DNA from: an uncultured Caulobacteraceae bacterium | GTDB taxonomy: Bacteria; Pseudomonadota; Alphaproteobacteria; Caulobacterales; Caulobacteraceae | Length of the DNA: 40,250 nt | Assembly (NCBI GenBank): GCA_964249945.1 | Contig: CAXUEN010000001.1 | Span: 309 to 40,558 of the forward strand | Direction: 5' to 3' | Shown: positions 38,106-40,250 of the stretch, piece after piece | How the letters are laid out: every line of letters begins with the position of its first letter | Position numbering within the stretch: the first letter of the stretch is position 1 | Notes under the pieces: generated by a model | The model's database searches: none | What the model was told of the DNA's origin: nothing | Seen by the model: only the letters and a program-made list of their open reading frames with translations | Position numbers and translations under genes: made by a program

Positions 38106-39422
38106 TCAATGCCGGACGACGACGCCGTTCTTGACGACCAGATCGACGTCCCGCACGGCGAGGATGTCGGCGGTCGGATCGCCTCTGACGGCCGTGAGGT
38201 CCGCCAGCAGTCCGGGATGTATGCGGCCGATCCTGTCGCTCTGGCGCAGGATGCGCGCGTCGACCGCGGTGGCGGAGAGCAGCGCCTGGGCGGGCGTCAT
38301 CCCGTCCTTCACCATCCAGGCCAGCTCGCGCCAGTTCTCGCCATGGGGAAAGACGCCCACGTCCGAACCGCAGCCGATGGTGACCCCGAGCTTCAGCGCC
38401 AGGCGGAACGCCCGCTCCGCGTTCTGCATGGCCGGCGTTGGGGCGGAGACGCCGGGGACGTAGTGCTGGAAATAGATGGAGCTCGCCTCCACCGCCGTCA
38501 GCGTCGGCTCATAGGCGATGCCCTTGCCGGCCATCAGGCGGAAGGTCGCCTCCGTGCCGCCGTAGCCGTGCTCGATGGAGTCGACCCCCGCCTCGGCGGC
38601 CCGGCGCATGCCCTCGTCGCTGGCCGCGTGGACGGCGACGGGGTGGGCTTCGGAGTGCGCCGCCTCTACCGCGGCCCTGAGTTCCTCCTCGGTGAAGGTC
38701 GGCTCCGTCGCCCCGCCCGGGCCCACGCGGTAGTCGGCGTAGAGCTTGATCCAGTCCGCCCCGGCCGCCGCCTGCTCCCGCACCGCCTTCATCACCTCCG
38801 CCTCGCCGGTCGCCTCCTGCGCCCCCTGGGGCAGGTCGGAGCCTTGCGCGTAGTTGCGCCGGGCGGGGCCGTAGGCGCCGGTGGCCACGATGGCGCGGCT
38901 GGCGACGAACAGGCGCGGGCCCGGGACGATCCCGTCCTCGATCGCGCGCTTCAGGCCCACATCGGCGTCGCCCGCTCCCTCGGTGCCGAGGTCGCGCAGG
39001 GTGGTGAAGCCGGCCATCAGGGTGGCGGTCGCCTGCCGGCCTGCGCGCAGGGTGCGGTAGGAGAGCTGCTCCTTCAGCACCTGGTCGTCCCACAGCGTCT
39101 CATTGTAGGGATGCAGGAAGAGGTGGGTGTGGATGTCCATCAGCCCGGGCAGCAGGGTGTCGCCCGGCAGCTCAATCACTTGAGCGCCCGCCGGTGCGAC
39201 GACCTCCGCCGCAGGCCCCACGGCGGTGATGCGCTCGCCGGTCACCAGCACCACCCATCCGGGATGGGCCGTCGCGTCGTCGGCGGTGAAGACGCGCGCG
39301 GGGCGCAGCAGGAGGGCGCCGGGTTCGGCCGCCCTTGCGGTCCCGGCGCCTGCGAGCGTCAGGCCCAGCGCCACGGCCCATCCTCGCCACGCCCACGACC
39401 GTCGCATCGCCATCCCCGCCAT
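38106..39422 (-). CDS. Metal-dependent amidohydrolase (Xaa-Pro dipeptidase/Sgx-like subgroup), exported
   Basis: Motifs [25 protein letters not shown] and G..ADL..V.GDP; signal peptide. Confidence 0.9.
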   Translation of the reverse strand: MAGMAMRRSWAWRGWAVALGLTLAGAGTARAAEPGALLLRPARVFTADDATAHPGWVVLVTGERITAVGPAAEVVAPAGAQVIELPGDTLLPGLMDIHTHLFLHPYNETLWDDQVLKEQLSYRTLRAGRQATATLMAGFTTLRDLGTEGAGDADVGLKRAIEDGIVPGPRLFVASRAIVATGAYGPARRNYAQGSDLPQGAQEATGEAEVMKAVREQAAAGADWIKLYADYRVGPGGATEPTFTEEELRAAVEAAHSEAHPVAVHAASDEGMRRAAEAGVDSIEHGYGGTEATFRLMAGKGIAYEPTLTAVEASSIYFQHYVPGVSAPTPAMQNAERAFRLALKLGVTIGCGSDVGVFPHGENWRELAWMVKDGMTPAQALLSATAVDARILRQSDRIGRIHPGLLADLTAVRGDPTADILAVRDVDLVVKNGVVVRH

Positions 39423-39553
39423 CCTCGCGCCGCCTCCTGAAGGGGAGCGGAGTTCGTCCGGACGTGCAAGGGCGCCAGCAGCGCTTCACACGCGCCGCCG
39501 GAGCTATAGGCTTCGGCCGCGGGCCGTGGGGTCCGCCGATGGGGGACGACGGC

Positions 39554-40250
39554 ATGCGCGCTCTGACGACGGCGGGGCTTCTGCTCCTGGGCATATTCGG
39601 TACGGCCCATGCCGCCCTGCCTGGGGAGGCGGCGCGCTGGCGCCGCGAGTCCGCCGCCGTCACCATCACCCGCGACGACTGGGGCATCGCCCACGTCCAT
39701 GGCCGCAGCGACGCCGACACGGTGTTCGGGGCCATCTACGCCCAGGCGGAGGACGACTTCGGCCGCATCGAGTCCAACTATCTCGACGCGCTCGGGCGCC
39801 GCGCGGAGGCGGACGGCGAGACCGCGCTCTGGAGCGACCTGCGCCAGCGCCTGTTCGTCGATCCGCAAGCGCTGAAGGCCGGCTACGCCTCGAGCCCGCC
39901 CTGGCTGAAGACGCTGATGGACGCCTGGGCGGACGGGCTGAACGCCTATCTGGCCGACCACCCCCAGGTCAGGCCCCGCGTGCTGGCCCGCTTCGAGCCC
40001 TGGATGGCGCTGAGCTTCACCGAGGGCAGCATCGGCGGCGACATCGAACAGGTCCCGCTGGAGGACCTGCAGGCCTTCTACGACAAGCCCGGCGCCGCGG
40101 CCCGCAGCGACCCGCCGGCCGAGGCGCCCGCGCGCGACCGCGAACCCACCGGCTCCAATGGCATCGCCATCGCACCGGCGAACACGGCGGGCGGCCACGC
40201 CCTGCTGCTGATCAACCCGCACACCAGCTTCTTCTTCCGCTCCGAGCTGC
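39554..40250 (+). CDS. Penicillin acylase / Ntn-hydrolase family protein (partial, runs off the window)
   Basis: Not in the ORF track. Reads MRALTTAGLLLLG...TITRDDWGIAHV.G.SDAD..FG..YAQAEDD, and later the beta-chain start GSNGIAIAP.NT..GHALLLINPH. Confidence 0.92.
   Translation, partial: MRALTTAGLLLLGIFGTAHAALPGEAARWRRESAAVTITRDDWGIAHVHGRSDADTVFGAIYAQAEDDFGRIESNYLDALGRRAEADGETALWSDLRQRLFVDPQALKAGYASSPPWLKTLMDAWADGLNAYLADHPQVRPRVLARFEPWMALSFTEGSIGGDIEQVPLEDLQAFYDKPGAAARSDPPAEAPARDREPTGSNGIAIAPANTAGGHALLLINPHTSFFFRSEL

Overview
High-GC alphaproteobacterial-type DNA, probably Caulobacteraceae (inferred from gene content and a palindromic repeat). The core (~6-31 kb) is a Wzx/Wzy-dependent exopolysaccharide (EPS)/capsule locus. 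It encodes a priming sugar transferase, five GT4 glycosyltransferases, Wzx, a Wzy-like membrane protein, a short OPX protein with an outer-membrane beta-barrel, Wzc, an ExoZ-like acyltransferase and a SAM methyltransferase. Embedded in it is a stand-alone NRPS-like A-T-TE enzyme with a glycine-type specificity code and a Cys in place of the thioesterase Ser. It has its own EntD-type PPTase, coupled to a Crp/Fnr regulator. This points to a candidate thiotemplated aminoacylation (glycylation) system for the polysaccharide, which is inference. Next to it, two 375-aa GH28-like beta-helix paralogs flank a Tat-lipoprotein ferritin-like gene that has lost most metal ligands. The flanks carry ordinary genes (TPP enzyme, RhtA, SleB-like hydrolase, sulfite oxidase, DUF427, DCC, MFS, amidohydrolase, partial penicillin-acylase family) and several gene relics. 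No rRNA, tRNA, CRISPR array or transposase was seen.
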